From: Escherichia coli
GTDB lineage: Bacteria > Pseudomonadota > Gammaproteobacteria > Enterobacterales > Enterobacteriaceae
Length of the DNA stretch: 6,335 bases
Assembly (NCBI RefSeq): GCF_003334355.1
Contig: NZ_QOWP01000066.1
Direction: 5' to 3' (one strand)
In this document: in pieces, positions 6,198 to 6,335 of the stretch
Position numbering within the stretch: position 1 is the first letter of the stretch
How the letters are laid out: every line of letters starts with the position of its first letter
The notes under the pieces: generated by a model
What the model was told of the DNA's origin: nothing
The model's database searches: none
The model's input: only the letters and a program-made list of their open reading frames with translations
Program-made: the position numbers and the translations under genes

Positions 6198-6335
6198 TTA
6201 GTGCGTCACTGGTGCTTCTGGGATGCCGTTTTCGTTTAGTTCGGCAATAAAGCTGTTGTGAACCGCCCCGGGTTTCCTGGAGAGTGTTTTATCTGTGAAC
6301 TCAGGCTGCCAGATCATCGTTTCCGATGGAAGCAT
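6198..6335 (-). CDS. Small ORF (45 aa) directly upstream of the primase-helicase; start may lie beyond the window
   Basis: ATG at 6335..6333 and TAA at 6200..6198, ending 12 nt before the primase ATG. Translation MLPSETMIWQPEFTDKTLSRKPGAVHNSFIAELNENGIPEAPVTH. The first 80 nt are the terminal inverted repeat. Operon-like spacing with the primase supports it, but it is short and without recognised motifs. Confidence 0.4.
   Translation of the reverse strand: MLPSETMIWQPEFTDKTLSRKPGAVHNSFIAELNENGIPEAPVTH
6256..6335. repeat. Right copy of perfect 80-bp terminal inverted repeat
   Basis: Exact reverse complement of 1-80. Confidence 0.97.

Overview
This 6335-bp window (roughly 50% GC, enterobacterial-like) is coding almost entirely on the minus strand and looks like the replication module of a P4-like satellite or integrative element, plus an unassigned three-gene operon. 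From right to left on the minus strand: a 45-aa small ORF (6198-6335); a 918-aa P4 alpha-like primase-helicase (3429-6185) with zinc ribbon, TOPRIM and P-loop NTPase motifs; an iteron-type putative origin directly after its stop (3 x TGTTGGTTCA, 43-bp AT-rich spacer, 3 x TGAACCAAC in inverted orientation; 3292-3405); two palindromes sharing a TACGAAA half-site; a strong intrinsic terminator (2940-2972); then a separately promoted operon of a 57-aa RHH-like protein, a 488-aa protein and a protein of at least 400 aa that runs off the window start. The two large operon proteins are Ala/Gln/Gly/Ser-rich with no catalytic motif I recognise, and are the best candidate for an undescribed module. The window is bounded by a perfect 80-bp inverted repeat (1-80 is the reverse complement of 6256-6335) that ends exactly at both edges. 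I see no rRNA, tRNA, CRISPR array, integrase or transposase. All protein assignments are from motifs read by eye; no database search was possible.
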